NCBI GenBank assembly: GCA_001004105.1
Contig: LCQK01000001.1
Coordinates: 38,928 to 102,927, forward strand
Length of the DNA stretch: 64,000 bases
Reading direction: 5' to 3'
Origin: Candidatus Jorgensenbacteria bacterium GW2011_GWB1_50_10
Lineage (GTDB): Bacteria; Patescibacteriota; Minisyncoccia; UBA6257; GWB1-50-10
Shown here: piece by piece, positions 26,958 through 36,410 of the stretch
How positions within the stretch are numbered: the first letter of the stretch is position 1
Layout of the letters: each line of letters opens with the position of its first letter
Notes under the pieces: model-generated
The model's input: the letters and a program-made list of their open reading frames with translations, nothing else
Database searches by the model: none
Told to the model about the DNA's origin: nothing
Position numbers and translations under genes: made by a program

Positions 26958-28073
26958 ATGAGCCGGAATTCGATTTTGGCCGCAAGCATCCTTGCGGGAA
27001 CGATGATTGGCGCGGGAATTTTTTCCCTGCCTTACGTTTTCAATGAAGTCGGGATTTTAGCCGGCTTTTTTTATTTGGTCTTTTTCGCTTCGGTCTACGT
27101 CGCCCTCTATCTCATGTACGCGGCGGTCTTGCGAACCAGGGAAGGCCGGCACGACTTTTCTTATTTTGCCGACCTGTATCTGCCGAAAAAGATTTCAGGC
27201 TTGGCATCACTTGCGATCCTTGCGGAGACGATTTTCGTTCTCACGATATATTTAGTTCTTGCCCCAACTTTCATTTCCTTAATTGCCGAGACGAATCCGC
27301 TTTTTGCGGTTTCGGTTTTTTGGTTCCTCGGTTCGATTTTCATTTTTGCGAGTCTCGCCTGGCAGGGCATGGCCGAACTTCTGGGAACGCTCGCGATAAT
27401 CTTCGTTGTCTTCGTCGTGATTTTTTTGGGCGGGGAGAGTGGTTTTAACGCGCCGCTTTTCAAAAATTTAAGCGTTGCTTCTTTTTTCCTGCCTTTCGGC
27501 CCGCTTCTTTTTTCTTTTGCCGCAAGGGTTGCGGTCTCCCGGATGGTTGACGAAGAGCGAGAAGCAAAAAAAACAAGCCGTCCCTTCTCGCTCAAAGGGG
27601 CGATATTTTGGGGAACTTTTGTGCCAGCTTTGGTTTATTTTCTTTTTGTTTTGGGAATTTTGGGCTTGACGGATAACGTGACGCCGGAGGCCCTGAACAG
27701 TCTGGAAAATTTGCCGAGCTCGCTTCTTGCGATTTTCGGGATTTTGGGGCTCGTCACGATTTGGACTTCCTACTTTATAATTGGCGCCAATTTCCGGGAG
27801 ATTCTCACAGAGGACAAAAAAGTGAGGCCGTGGATTGCTTCCGCCCTCGTCCTCATCCTGCCGCTCGGGCTTTATTTTGCGGGTTTCCGGGATTTTTTAC
27901 CGACCCTTTCTTTTACCGGGAGCGTTTTTTTGGGATTGGAAGGAATATTTTTGATTACAATCTGGCGCCGGGTTTTTCCGCACCACCCTAAGAAATGGTT
28001 GAGTTGGCCGCTTTATCTTGTTTTTGCCGTGGCCTTGCTTTACGCTTTATTTCAGATGTTTCTGCCCTCGTAG
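26958..28073 (+). CDS. Polytopic membrane transporter, amino-acid permease-like (APC/HAAAP-type)
   Basis: ~11 predicted TM helices; N-terminus ILAGTMIGAGIFSLPYVF resembles aromatic/hydroxy amino acid permeases. Confidence 0.5.
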   Translation: MSRNSILAASILAGTMIGAGIFSLPYVFNEVGILAGFFYLVFFASVYVALYLMYAAVLRTREGRHDFSYFADLYLPKKISGLASLAILAETIFVLTIYLVLAPTFISLIAETNPLFAVSVFWFLGSIFIFASLAWQGMAELLGTLAIIFVVFVVIFLGGESGFNAPLFKNLSVASFFLPFGPLLFSFAARVAVSRMVDEEREAKKTSRPFSLKGAIFWGTFVPALVYFLFVLGILGLTDNVTPEALNSLENLPSSLLAIFGILGLVTIWTSYFIIGANFREILTEDKKVRPWIASALVLILPLGLYFAGFRDFLPTLSFTGSVFLGLEGIFLITIWRRVFPHHPKKWLSWPLYLVFAVALLYALFQMFLPS

Positions 28074-28135
28074 TTTAACGGATAAAACGCCTCCCTCCGA
28101 AGGAGGTGATAGAGGTTCAATTCCCCTCGAGGGCA
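28064..28135 (+). tRNA. tRNA-Arg (anticodon CCG)
   Basis: Hand-folded cloverleaf: acceptor GCCCTCG/CGAGGGC, D-arm GTTT-AACGGAT-AAAC, anticodon stem CCTCC/GGAGG with loop CTCCGAA, T-loop TTCAATT; overlaps last 10 nt of permease gene; no encoded CCA. Confidence 0.8.
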
Positions 28136-28138
28136 CAT

Positions 28139-29047
28139 ATGAAATTGCGGAAGAATATTTCTCTTGCGGCGCTGTCCACCTTCAAAATAGGCGGGCGGGC
28201 GGAGTTTTTTTGTTCGGTTAAAAAACCGGAAGATTTATTTGAGGCAATTTGTTTCGCTAAAGCGAAGAAAATTCCTTACCGGATCATAGCTCACGGCTCG
28301 AATATTGTCTTTTCAGACGGCAAACTCAAGGGACTGCTTATAAAAATTTCTGATGGCGGAATAATAAGGAAGAAAAACCGGCTGGTTGTCGGGGCGGGCG
28401 TTTCTTTGGCCGCAGTTGTGAGATGTGCGATAAACGCGAGTCTCTCGGGACTTGAAACTTTATCCGGCATCCCCGGCACTTTGGGCGGCGCGGTGGTGGG
28501 GAACGCCGGCGCCTACGGCCACTCTATTTCCGAGGTAGTGGAGAAAGTCGAAATCCTTGACGGTAAAAAGAGAAAATGGCTAAAGAACAAGGACTGCAAG
28601 TTCGCTTATCGGGAGAGCATTTTGAAACACAAACCCTACTTTGTTTTGCAGGCGGTTTTGAAGTTTAGAAAAGGCAATTCCGCAAATCTTAAAAAAATCT
28701 CGCGGGAGATCATTAAAATCCGCGAAAAAAAATACAAACCAGGTCTTAAATGCCCGGGCAGTTTTTTCAAGAACGTTTTGGTGAAAGACGTTTCCAAAAA
28801 ATCCTTAAAAAAGATAGATAAGTCAAAGATTATTGAGGGCAAGATTCCAGCCGGGTATCTCTTGGAAGAAGTCGGTGCCAAAGGAATGCGGGTAGGCGGC
28901 ATCAGAATTGCGGATTTCCACGGCAATTTATTTGTGAACAAGGGCGGCGCCAAAGCCAAGGACGTTAAAAAACTCGCGGCCATATTAAAAAAGCGGGTTT
29001 TCAAAAAATTTGGCATCAAATTGGGAGAGGAGATAAGATATTTCTGA
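28139..29047 (+). CDS. murB: UDP-N-acetylenolpyruvoylglucosamine reductase MurB (start moved to MKLRKN at 28139 to clear the tRNA)
   Basis: FAD-binding LSTFKIGGRAEFF, catalytic regions; TGA stop at 29045-29047. Confidence 0.85.
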   Translation: MKLRKNISLAALSTFKIGGRAEFFCSVKKPEDLFEAICFAKAKKIPYRIIAHGSNIVFSDGKLKGLLIKISDGGIIRKKNRLVVGAGVSLAAVVRCAINASLSGLETLSGIPGTLGGAVVGNAGAYGHSISEVVEKVEILDGKKRKWLKNKDCKFAYRESILKHKPYFVLQAVLKFRKGNSANLKKISREIIKIREKKYKPGLKCPGSFFKNVLVKDVSKKSLKKIDKSKIIEGKIPAGYLLEEVGAKGMRVGGIRIADFHGNLFVNKGGAKAKDVKKLAAILKKRVFKKFGIKLGEEIRYF

Positions 29048-29049
29048 AG

Positions 29050-29661
29050 ATGGATAAACGCGAAGCGCTCAAGGCCTTAGAGGAAGAAATGGAGAAAGAT
29101 TTATCGCTCCCGCTGCGGGAATCAAACTTGGTTTTCGGTGAAGGCAGTCCTGATTGCGAGGCAATGTTCATCGGCGAAGGACCTGGCTTTTACGAAGACA
29201 AAATGAAACGGCCTTTTGTGGGGCGGGCCGGCCAGCTTTTGGACAAATTGATATTGGGCGTCGGCTGGAAGCGCGAGGACGTTTACATCACCAACGTCGT
29301 GAAGCGCCGGCCGCCGGAGAACCGCGACCCGCTTCCCGAGGAGATTACCTCCTACGTGCCGTATCTCACGCGGCAGATTGAAATAATAAATCCCCGCGTC
29401 ATTGTGCCGCTCGGCCGCTTCGCGATGAATTATTTTCTGCCGAACGCCAAAATTTCCCGGGACCAGGGCAAACTTTTCAAACTGGGTGAGCGATTTATTT
29501 ACCCGCTTTTTCATCCGGCGGCGGCGCTGCGCGGGACGGGGACTTTAAATGCTCTGACCGAGAGTTTTATAAAATTACCTGAGGTTCTCAAGAAACTTGA
29601 TTCCATCGCCGAGGTTGTTTTAGTAGAAGAGAAAAAGGATTCGCAGAAAGGTCTGTTTTGA
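29050..29661 (+). CDS. Uracil-DNA glycosylase, family 4
   Basis: Family-4 UDG motif GEGPGFYEDKMKRPFVGRAGQLLDKL and HPAA(L)R C-terminal motif. Confidence 0.85.
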   Translation: MDKREALKALEEEMEKDLSLPLRESNLVFGEGSPDCEAMFIGEGPGFYEDKMKRPFVGRAGQLLDKLILGVGWKREDVYITNVVKRRPPENRDPLPEEITSYVPYLTRQIEIINPRVIVPLGRFAMNYFLPNAKISRDQGKLFKLGERFIYPLFHPAAALRGTGTLNALTESFIKLPEVLKKLDSIAEVVLVEEKKDSQKGLF

Positions 29662-29953
29662 TTCAACGGGTTTGCTACAATATAAAATAGCTCCAGTAGT
29701 TGGGGAGCTCGTCGATAGATCGCGGTCTTCTGTCAACCGTCGCGGCTCTCTCCAAAGGAGGTGTGTCCGATGATTCGGCTGCTCTGGCGCCAGCATCGCT
29801 GCGCGAACTGAGTCAACCGACGCGAACCCGGCTCAGGCCGACCCGTCCCAGCGGGTACATCCTCCACCCTTAGCCGAACCCTCGGGTCGCAAGCTCGGGG
29901 GTTCACTATTTTAAAAAGTGTAAGGCATTCATTTTCTCGGTTATAATAGATAT
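29662..29953. other. GC-rich ORF-free structured intergenic region (candidate ncRNA or long 5' leader)
   Basis: 292 nt without ORF, elevated GC, multiple hairpins (agctcc...ggagct; acccg...cgggt; ctggcgccag palindrome); contains GAACCCGGCU, identical to the core of the RNase P RNA P4 3' strand, but region too short for a full RNase P RNA. Confidence 0.25.
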
Positions 29954-30295
29954 ATGAATTTTGCGCCGGCCTACATTTTGGAGCGGTTTTTCTACCGGCT
30001 TTATCGTTTTTTGTACCACTGGTACGTCAAAAGTGCGAAGATTTACTCGGATCTCGTCTTAAACGTCCTCGGCCGGATTGATTACTATCTAGCTTGGAAG
30101 ATAACTCTCCGGTATTTATTCCAGCCGCTTTATAAAGACTACTCTCTCTTGGGATACGTTTTGGGTTTCGGTTTCAGGATAATGCGGCTTTTGGGGGCCG
30201 GCATTTTCTACTTCTTATTTTTCGCCGTCGTTTTTCTTCTCTACCTAGTTTGGATTTTCTTCATTCCCTACGCGGTTTACAGAATTCTTACCTAA
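29954..30295 (+). CDS. Small 3-TM membrane protein, hypothetical
   Basis: 113 aa, hydrophobic segments; immediately upstream of and contiguous with the Clp ATPase gene. Confidence 0.4.
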   Translation: MNFAPAYILERFFYRLYRFLYHWYVKSAKIYSDLVLNVLGRIDYYLAWKITLRYLFQPLYKDYSLLGYVLGFGFRIMRLLGAGIFYFLFFAVVFLLYLVWIFFIPYAVYRILT

Positions 30296-32791
30296 ATGGT
30301 GTTGTTCTTCAGTGACTCAAGACTTTCTATGACTCGCGGCGGCGAGTTCCTCACCCGGCTTGCCGCTTACACCGCCTACGCGCTCACAGCCGCCTCCGCC
30401 GTTCTGCTCTTCTTTTCCGAAATCACAAAGATGAGGTGGCTCGCCGTTCTTTTAACCATTTTTCTTGTTGACCGTTTGATTCACTTGGGTCAGGCGGAGA
30501 AATCTTTAAATGAGCTGAAGAGTGAGAATGTTAATTTGGCCGAGGCGCTTACACCCGGCGCCCACAAGGTTCTAAGCCGAGCGCTGCGCAAAGCGCGAAT
30601 TGTCCGGCAGAATTTCCATCTCGTTCTTTTCAAGGAACTGCTCAGGGAACGGGACGTTCTGGAAGCGCTTACTCGCCTTGATGTTTCGCCGGACGAGGTT
30701 TTGGCAAAAGTGGAGGGCGAGCTTGAGGGCGCCAAAACCCCGGAGAGTCACGGAGAAATTCTCAAAAAAATGGAAAATATTGTTCTCGCCGCTTACGAGA
30801 ACGCTTTGCGCACCAAGGAACGGTTCATTGAGACGAGAAGCATTTTTGTTGCTTTGGGTACGGTCAAAGACGACGTCAATATCGCCAAAATTTTTGGACT
30901 TTTTGAGGTTGCGTCTCTTGATTTAGAAGAAGCAATAATTCTCAGCCGTTTTCGCCGGAAGTTTTCGCGGCTCCGCCGCCCGCCTTCGGTTTTGGGCGGT
31001 TTTGCCCACCGGCCGCGGTTTTTGCGCAAGCGCGTAATGAACCGGTCTTGGACCGCCCGGCCCACGCCTTTCCTGGACCAGTTTAGCACCGATTTGACGG
31101 ACTTGGCGCGGGCGGAAAAAATCGGCTTTTTAATCGGTCATGGAAAAGAGTTTAAGGAGATGTTGGATGTCGTTTCCCGGCCGGGCAAACCAAACGCCCT
31201 GCTTGTCGGTGAGCCGGGGGCGGGAAAATCGACGATGATTGCTCATCTTGCTTTTCGGATGGTGAAAGACGACGTGCCTCCGGTGCTTTTTGACAAGCGC
31301 TTGGTTCAGTTGGAGCTTTCGTCTCTTTTAGCCGAGGCAGCCCCCGAGGTTTTGACTGATCGCCTCCGGCGCATCACCGACGAGGTGATTCTTGCCGGCA
31401 ACATCGTCCTTTTTGTTCCCGACATCCACGACTTTTTCCGAACCGCCGAAAAACGAGCTCTGAACGTCATGGATATTCTCCTGCCGATTGTCCGGAACAA
31501 TGCCATCCCGGTTATCGGCGAGACCTATCCCCGCGAGTTCAAGGAATACATTGAGCCGCGCTCGGATTTCTTAAACCAGTTTGACACGGTGCGGGTGGAG
31601 GAGCTTGGTCTGGAAGATGCCTACCGATTTCTTGTCTACATGAGTTTGATTTTGGAGCGGGAGTTTAAGACAGTGATTACTTTGCGGGCTGTAAAGAGCG
31701 CGGTAACTCTGGCCCATCGGTACTTCCGAAACCGCCTTTTGCCGGGTTCAGCCGTTGATTTGCTAAAACACGCTCTCACGGAAGCCGCGCGGAAGGGCGA
31801 GAAAACCTTAACCGAGGAAGCAATTGTTGCGCTTGCGGAGGCGGAGAGCCGGATACCCATTCAAAAAGCGGGGGCGGCGGAAACCCAAAAACTTCTCAAT
31901 TTGGAGGAACTGATCCACCAAAAACTCATCAACCAGGAGGCGGCCGTGAAAGCCGTTTCCCGGGCGCTCCGGGAATACCGGAGCGGTCTCTCCCGAGGGG
32001 GCGGGCCGATTGCCGCCTTTCTTTTCGTGGGGCCTACTGGCGTCGGCAAAACGGAACTCGCCAAAACGCTCGCGGCCATCCAGTTCGGTTCCAAAGAAAT
32101 GATGGAGCGATTTGACATGTCCGAGTATCAGGAGAGAGCAAGCATCAGCCGTTTTATCGGCGCTCCTTCGGGCGAACGGGGCGGGACTTTGACCGATGCG
32201 GTTTTGGAAAAGCCCTACTCGCTCATACTTCTTGACGAATTCGAAAAGGCCCACCCGGATATTCTGAATTTGTTTTTGCAGGTTTTTGACGACGGCCGCT
32301 TGACCGACAGTTTGGGCCGAACCGCTGATTTTGAGAACACGATTATCATTGCGACCTCAAATGCCCACTCCGAGTTCATCAAGACAGGAGTGGAGAAAGG
32401 AAGAACGGTGGAGGAATTGAGCGAAGAATTGAAGAAAAAACTCACCGATTATTTCAAACCGGAGCTCTTAAACCGCTTCTCCGACGTCATTGTCTTCCGC
32501 AGCCTGAAAATGGCGGAGATTGAGAAAATCACCGCTTTGCAGCTAGAAAGTTTGGCGGAACAAGTGATGGAAACACAAAGCATCGCCATTCAGTTCGACG
32601 AGGCCGCCGTCTCTGAGGTTGCCCGTTTGGGTTTCAGTCCCGTATACGGCGCAAGGCCATTAAGGCAGGTGATTTCCGAGAAAATCAGAGGGCCGCTCGC
32701 GGAGAAAATCCTGAAAAAGGAAGTCGGCCGCGGCAATGAATTATTATTAAAGAAGGAGGGCGGGGAATTTATTTTTAAAGTCGTAAAGTAG
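30296..32791 (+). CDS. Clp/Hsp100-family AAA+ ATPase (ClpC/ClpB-like, two AAA modules) with hydrophobic N-terminal segment
   Basis: AAA-1 Walker A GEPGAGKSTMIAHLA; AAA-2 Walker A GPTGVGKTELAKTLA, sensor-2 region; N-terminal 60 aa contain two hydrophobic helices. Confidence 0.8.
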   Translation: MVLFFSDSRLSMTRGGEFLTRLAAYTAYALTAASAVLLFFSEITKMRWLAVLLTIFLVDRLIHLGQAEKSLNELKSENVNLAEALTPGAHKVLSRALRKARIVRQNFHLVLFKELLRERDVLEALTRLDVSPDEVLAKVEGELEGAKTPESHGEILKKMENIVLAAYENALRTKERFIETRSIFVALGTVKDDVNIAKIFGLFEVASLDLEEAIILSRFRRKFSRLRRPPSVLGGFAHRPRFLRKRVMNRSWTARPTPFLDQFSTDLTDLARAEKIGFLIGHGKEFKEMLDVVSRPGKPNALLVGEPGAGKSTMIAHLAFRMVKDDVPPVLFDKRLVQLELSSLLAEAAPEVLTDRLRRITDEVILAGNIVLFVPDIHDFFRTAEKRALNVMDILLPIVRNNAIPVIGETYPREFKEYIEPRSDFLNQFDTVRVEELGLEDAYRFLVYMSLILEREFKTVITLRAVKSAVTLAHRYFRNRLLPGSAVDLLKHALTEAARKGEKTLTEEAIVALAEAESRIPIQKAGAAETQKLLNLEELIHQKLINQEAAVKAVSRALREYRSGLSRGGGPIAAFLFVGPTGVGKTELAKTLAAIQFGSKEMMERFDMSEYQERASISRFIGAPSGERGGTLTDAVLEKPYSLILLDEFEKAHPDILNLFLQVFDDGRLTDSLGRTADFENTIIIATSNAHSEFIKTGVEKGRTVEELSEELKKKLTDYFKPELLNRFSDVIVFRSLKMAEIEKITALQLESLAEQVMETQSIAIQFDEAAVSEVARLGFSPVYGARPLRQVISEKIRGPLAEKILKKEVGRGNELLLKKEGGEFIFKVVK

Positions 32792-32805
32792 GCGATATTA
32801 AATCA

Positions 32806-33438
32806 ATGGCTATCAACAAAATTATTCGCATTCTCATTTACTCGGACGTAGCCATCGTGACCGCTTTTTCTTTCTACGGGCCGATTTTCGCGATTTTCAT
32901 CGCCAATCAAATTAGAGGCGGGGGCCCCGCGCTTGCAGGTTTTGCGGTCGCGACCTATTGGGTTGTCCGGACGATTATTCAGCTTCCGATTTCGCGGTAC
33001 CTCGACCGGCATGACGGCGAAAAAGACGATTTCTGGGCTTTGGTGGGCGGTTCCTTTCTTTTCAGTATCGTCCCGCTTTTATATCTTTTTGCTTCCGAGC
33101 CCTGGCACGTCATTTTGTTCCAAGCAATCTACGGCGTGGGGGATTCTCTCGCGGTTCCCACTTATCTCTCCCTTTACGGCCGCCACGTTGATAAAACCAA
33201 GGAAGGCTCGGAATGGGGCTTGCGTTCGGTGGTGATAGGGGGAGGGGCGGCCCTCGCGGCCGCGTTCGGCGGACTTTTGGCCGCTAAATTCGGCTTCCGG
33301 ATAGTTTTTGTTCTTACCAGCATTCTTTCTTTAATTGGGTCCTCCATTCTTCTTGTTCTTCGTGGGTACATGAGCCGGCGGACGCGGGGAGGAGTGCAGG
33401 TTAAACTCGTCCCATCGACCAAAGAACACGGTCATTAA
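32806..33438 (+). CDS. MFS-like 6-TM membrane protein (half-size; possible truncated transporter)
   Basis: Six TM helices and MFS motif-A-like PISRYLDRHDGEKD; only 210 aa. Confidence 0.45.
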   Translation: MAINKIIRILIYSDVAIVTAFSFYGPIFAIFIANQIRGGGPALAGFAVATYWVVRTIIQLPISRYLDRHDGEKDDFWALVGGSFLFSIVPLLYLFASEPWHVILFQAIYGVGDSLAVPTYLSLYGRHVDKTKEGSEWGLRSVVIGGGAALAAAFGGLLAAKFGFRIVFVLTSILSLIGSSILLVLRGYMSRRTRGGVQVKLVPSTKEHGH

Positions 33439-33446
33439 AGAATGGG

Positions 33447-35189
33447 ATGGCTTTTCATAATTTTAGAAATTACGAGATAGCGAAAATCTTGAAAGAGATA
33501 GCTGCTTTTTTGGAAGCAGAGAAGGTTCAGTTTAAACCGCGGGCATTTGAAAAAGCAGCTTTAACCATTGAAGAAATGGAGGAGGAACTCGCCGATTTAT
33601 ACAAAAAGGGCGGTATAAAAGCGCTTGAAGAAATTCCCGGTGTCGGCAAGGGCATAGCGGAACGGATAGAAGAACTATTCACCACCGGTCGCGTTAAGGA
33701 TTATGAGCGGCTCAAGAGAAAATACCCGGTAAACGTCGGCGAACTTACGTCCCTTGAGGGAATGGGACCGAAAAGCGCCATTAAACTTTACAAAAAGCTT
33801 GGCGTGAAAAATATCGCGGGATTGGAAAAAGCGGTGCAAGCTCACAAAATCCGAACCCTCCCCGGGTTCGGCGAAAAATCGGAAGAGAAAATTTTAAAGG
33901 GCATTGAGTTTTTCAAGAAATCAGGCGGCCGGGCGCTTTTGGGGTACATCTTGCCCACGGTGCGGCTTATTGAAAGCCGTCTCAAAAAATTAAAAGAAGT
34001 GGAAGCAGTCACTGTTTGCGGCTCCATTCGCCGGATGCAGGAGACGGTGGGCGATATAGATATTTTAATCACTTCCAAGAAACCGCTGGCGGTCGCGGAT
34101 TATTTTGCAAAAATGGCCGAAGTGACGCATGTCTACGGCAAGGGGGAAACCAAAACGATGGTTCGCTTGAATCTGGGCTTGGATGCCGATTTAAGGGTGG
34201 TGCCGCCTTCTTCTTACGGCGCGGCCGTGCAATATTTCAGCGGCGACAAAAATCACAACATCGCCCTCCGGGAAATTGCAATCAAGAAGGGGTTGAAACT
34301 CAACGAATACGGTCTCTACAAGGGCAATAAGTTGATAGCCGGCGAGAAAGAAGAAGATGTTTATAAAGCACTCGGACTGAAATGGATGCCGCCCGAGCTG
34401 CGGACTAATTCCGGCGAAATAGAAACGGCCAAAAATGGAGAATTACCGGAATTAATCGGCTACGGCGATTTGCGCGGCGATTTGCAGACCCAAACCGAGT
34501 GGACTGACGGCGCTGACTCTATTGAGGAGATGGCGCGGGCGGCCTCCGCCTCGGGCCTGGAATATATCGCGATTACGGACCACACCAAGCGCTTAGCGAT
34601 GACCCACGGTTTGGATGAGAAAAGAATCGTGAAACAATGGGCGGAGATAGACAAGCTCAATTTAAAATTTAAGAAGCAAAATTTAAAATTCACTATTTTA
34701 AAAGGTAGCGAGTGCGACATCTTGAAAGACGGCAGTTTGGATTTGCCGGATAAGGTTTTGTCGCAGCTTGATGTTTGCGGCGCCTCCGTCCACTCCCACT
34801 TTAATCTAAGCCGCAAGGAGCAGACGGAAAGGCTTAAAAAAGCGATGGTAAACAAAAACGTGGATATTATTTTCCATCCCACCGGCCGGCTTATCCAGAG
34901 ACGAGACGCCTACGAAGTGGATATTGATGAGATTATCGGTTTCGCGAAGAAGACCGGCACGATTTTGGAAATAAACGCCTCGCCCGACCGGCTGGATTTG
35001 AAGGACGAGTACGTGAGAAAATGCGTCGCCTCCGGCGTCAAAATGTCCATTGACTCCGATGCTCACTCTGTTTCTCACTTCGGATTTTTAGAATACGGCA
35101 TCGCTCAAGCCCGGCGGGGGTGGGCAACTCATGATGATATAATAAATGCCTGGCCGTTAGATAAAATGTTGAAAACACTAAAGCGATGA
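33447..35189 (+). CDS. polX: DNA polymerase X family protein with C-terminal PHP (phosphoesterase) domain
   Basis: HhH N-terminus (YEIAKILKEIAAFLEAEKVQFKPRAFEKAA), Pol beta-like core GSIRRMQETVGDIDILI, PHP domain His/Asp motifs at C-terminus. Confidence 0.85.
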   Translation: MAFHNFRNYEIAKILKEIAAFLEAEKVQFKPRAFEKAALTIEEMEEELADLYKKGGIKALEEIPGVGKGIAERIEELFTTGRVKDYERLKRKYPVNVGELTSLEGMGPKSAIKLYKKLGVKNIAGLEKAVQAHKIRTLPGFGEKSEEKILKGIEFFKKSGGRALLGYILPTVRLIESRLKKLKEVEAVTVCGSIRRMQETVGDIDILITSKKPLAVADYFAKMAEVTHVYGKGETKTMVRLNLGLDADLRVVPPSSYGAAVQYFSGDKNHNIALREIAIKKGLKLNEYGLYKGNKLIAGEKEEDVYKALGLKWMPPELRTNSGEIETAKNGELPELIGYGDLRGDLQTQTEWTDGADSIEEMARAASASGLEYIAITDHTKRLAMTHGLDEKRIVKQWAEIDKLNLKFKKQNLKFTILKGSECDILKDGSLDLPDKVLSQLDVCGASVHSHFNLSRKEQTERLKKAMVNKNVDIIFHPTGRLIQRRDAYEVDIDEIIGFAKKTGTILEINASPDRLDLKDEYVRKCVASGVKMSIDSDAHSVSHFGFLEYGIAQARRGWATHDDIINAWPLDKMLKTLKR

Positions 35190-35647
35190 GAGAAATATCT
35201 GCTGGCATCATAATTTACAGGCGGACCAAAGATGGCCCGAAATTTTTGCTTCTGTATCACGGCGGCCGCTATTGGAATTTTCCGAAAGGGAAGATTGGGG
35301 ACAAGGAAGCAAGAGAAACGGCTTTTCGGGCGGCTCTGCGGGAAGTGAGGGAAGAAACGGGGCTTTCCGCCCGCGACTTGCGTTTTAATAATCGTTTCAA
35401 GGTTTACGATCGGTTCATTTACACCCGCGAGAAGAACAAAATTTTCAAAATCGTCGTTTATTATCTAGCGGAGACGCGCCAGGGAGAAATAAAAATTTCA
35501 GAGGAACATTCGGGGTTTGGCTGGTTTCTCTACCGCGATGCTCTCCGCATGCTCATCCACAAAAATCTCAGGGAAAATTTGAAAAAAGCCAATGAAATCG
35601 TTCAGGGAAAAAGTTTACGCCGCCGCAAGGAGAGTCCCGCGCGGTAG
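35186..35647 (+). CDS. NUDIX hydrolase
   Basis: Nudix box GKIGDKEARETAFRAALREVREETGL. Confidence 0.8.
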   Translation: MREISAGIIIYRRTKDGPKFLLLYHGGRYWNFPKGKIGDKEARETAFRAALREVREETGLSARDLRFNNRFKVYDRFIYTREKNKIFKIVVYYLAETRQGEIKISEEHSGFGWFLYRDALRMLIHKNLRENLKKANEIVQGKSLRRRKESPAR

Positions 35648-35891
35648 AGTTACGACCTATAAGGCGCTCGCGCGGGCGATAGGCGCCCCGCGCGCCGCCC
35701 GAGCGGTTGGTAACGCTTTGAATAAAAATCCGCATGCGCCAAAGGTGCCCTGCCACCGGGTAATTCTTTCTTCCGGTAAAATCGGCGGCTATGCGAGCGG
35801 AGAGCGCGCTAAAATAAAACGCCTTATTACTGAAGGCGTTTTGGTGGAAAAAAACAGAGTGGATTTAAATAAGTTTGGATTTAAGATTTAA
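35592..35891 (+). CDS. ogt: Methylated-DNA-protein-cysteine methyltransferase, DNA-binding/active-site domain only (Ogt-like)
   Basis: Active-site PCHRVI motif and TYKALARAIGAPRAARAVGNAL helix-turn-helix; 56-nt out-of-frame overlap with Nudix gene. Confidence 0.75.
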   Translation: MKSFREKVYAAARRVPRGRVTTYKALARAIGAPRAARAVGNALNKNPHAPKVPCHRVILSSGKIGGYASGERAKIKRLITEGVLVEKNRVDLNKFGFKI

Positions 35892-36228
35892 CGAACTCCG
35901 CTATTTTTTTGAACGTTTCCGGTTCACGCCTTGCAATTTCGGCGAGAATCTTACGGTCCAGTTTCACGTTCTTCTTTTTAAGAGCGTTCATGAGGCTGCT
36001 GTATTTCAAACCGCTCATTCTTGCGGCGGCATTTATTTGAACGTTCCAAAGCGTCCGAAAGTCCCGCTTTTTTTCCTTGCGCCCCCTAAAAGTCCGGCGC
36101 AAGCCGTGAAGCAGCGCTTCTTTGGCGGCCCGCTCCTTTGACTTGCGGCCCCAACGGAATCCTTTAGTGTATTTCAGGAGCCGTTCTCTTTTTTTATGGG
36201 CGGTTTTTCCCCGTTTGACTCTAGGCAT
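35881..36228 (-). CDS. rplT: 50S ribosomal protein L20
   Basis: MPRVKRGKTAHKKRERLLKYTKGFRWGRK... canonical L20. Confidence 0.92.
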   Translation of the reverse strand: MPRVKRGKTAHKKRERLLKYTKGFRWGRKSKERAAKEALLHGLRRTFRGRKEKKRDFRTLWNVQINAAARMSGLKYSSLMNALKKKNVKLDRKILAEIARREPETFKKIAEFVKS

Positions 36229-36235
36229 CTAATTT

Positions 36236-36409
36236 TTAGAAATATTTGCTCAAAATTTTCTCGGAAATATTGAGTTCCCTTGATTTTCTTTTTCTTAAAA
36301 TCTGAACCTGGCTTTTATTGCTTTTAGAGTGACCCAAAGCCATGGCCCGCCGCATTATTTTGCCGCGTTTGGTTATTCTTATTCTCTGTGTAACACTTTT
36401 TTGAACCAT
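36236..36409 (-). CDS. rpmI: 50S ribosomal protein L35 (not in ORF track, 57 aa)
   Basis: Hand translation MVQKSVTQRIRITKRGKIMRRAMALGHSKSNKSQVQILRKRKSRELNISEKILSKYF*; sits between infC and rplT as in the conserved infC-rpmI-rplT operon. Confidence 0.8.
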   Translation of the reverse strand: MVQKSVTQRIRITKRGKIMRRAMALGHSKSNKSQVQILRKRKSRELNISEKILSKYF

Positions 36410-36410
36410 G

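Noticed and set aside
28106-28138. Track start of murB ORF at 28106
   Set aside because: The first 11 codons lie inside tRNA-Arg(CCG). The conserved MurB N-terminus begins at MKLRKN (28139).
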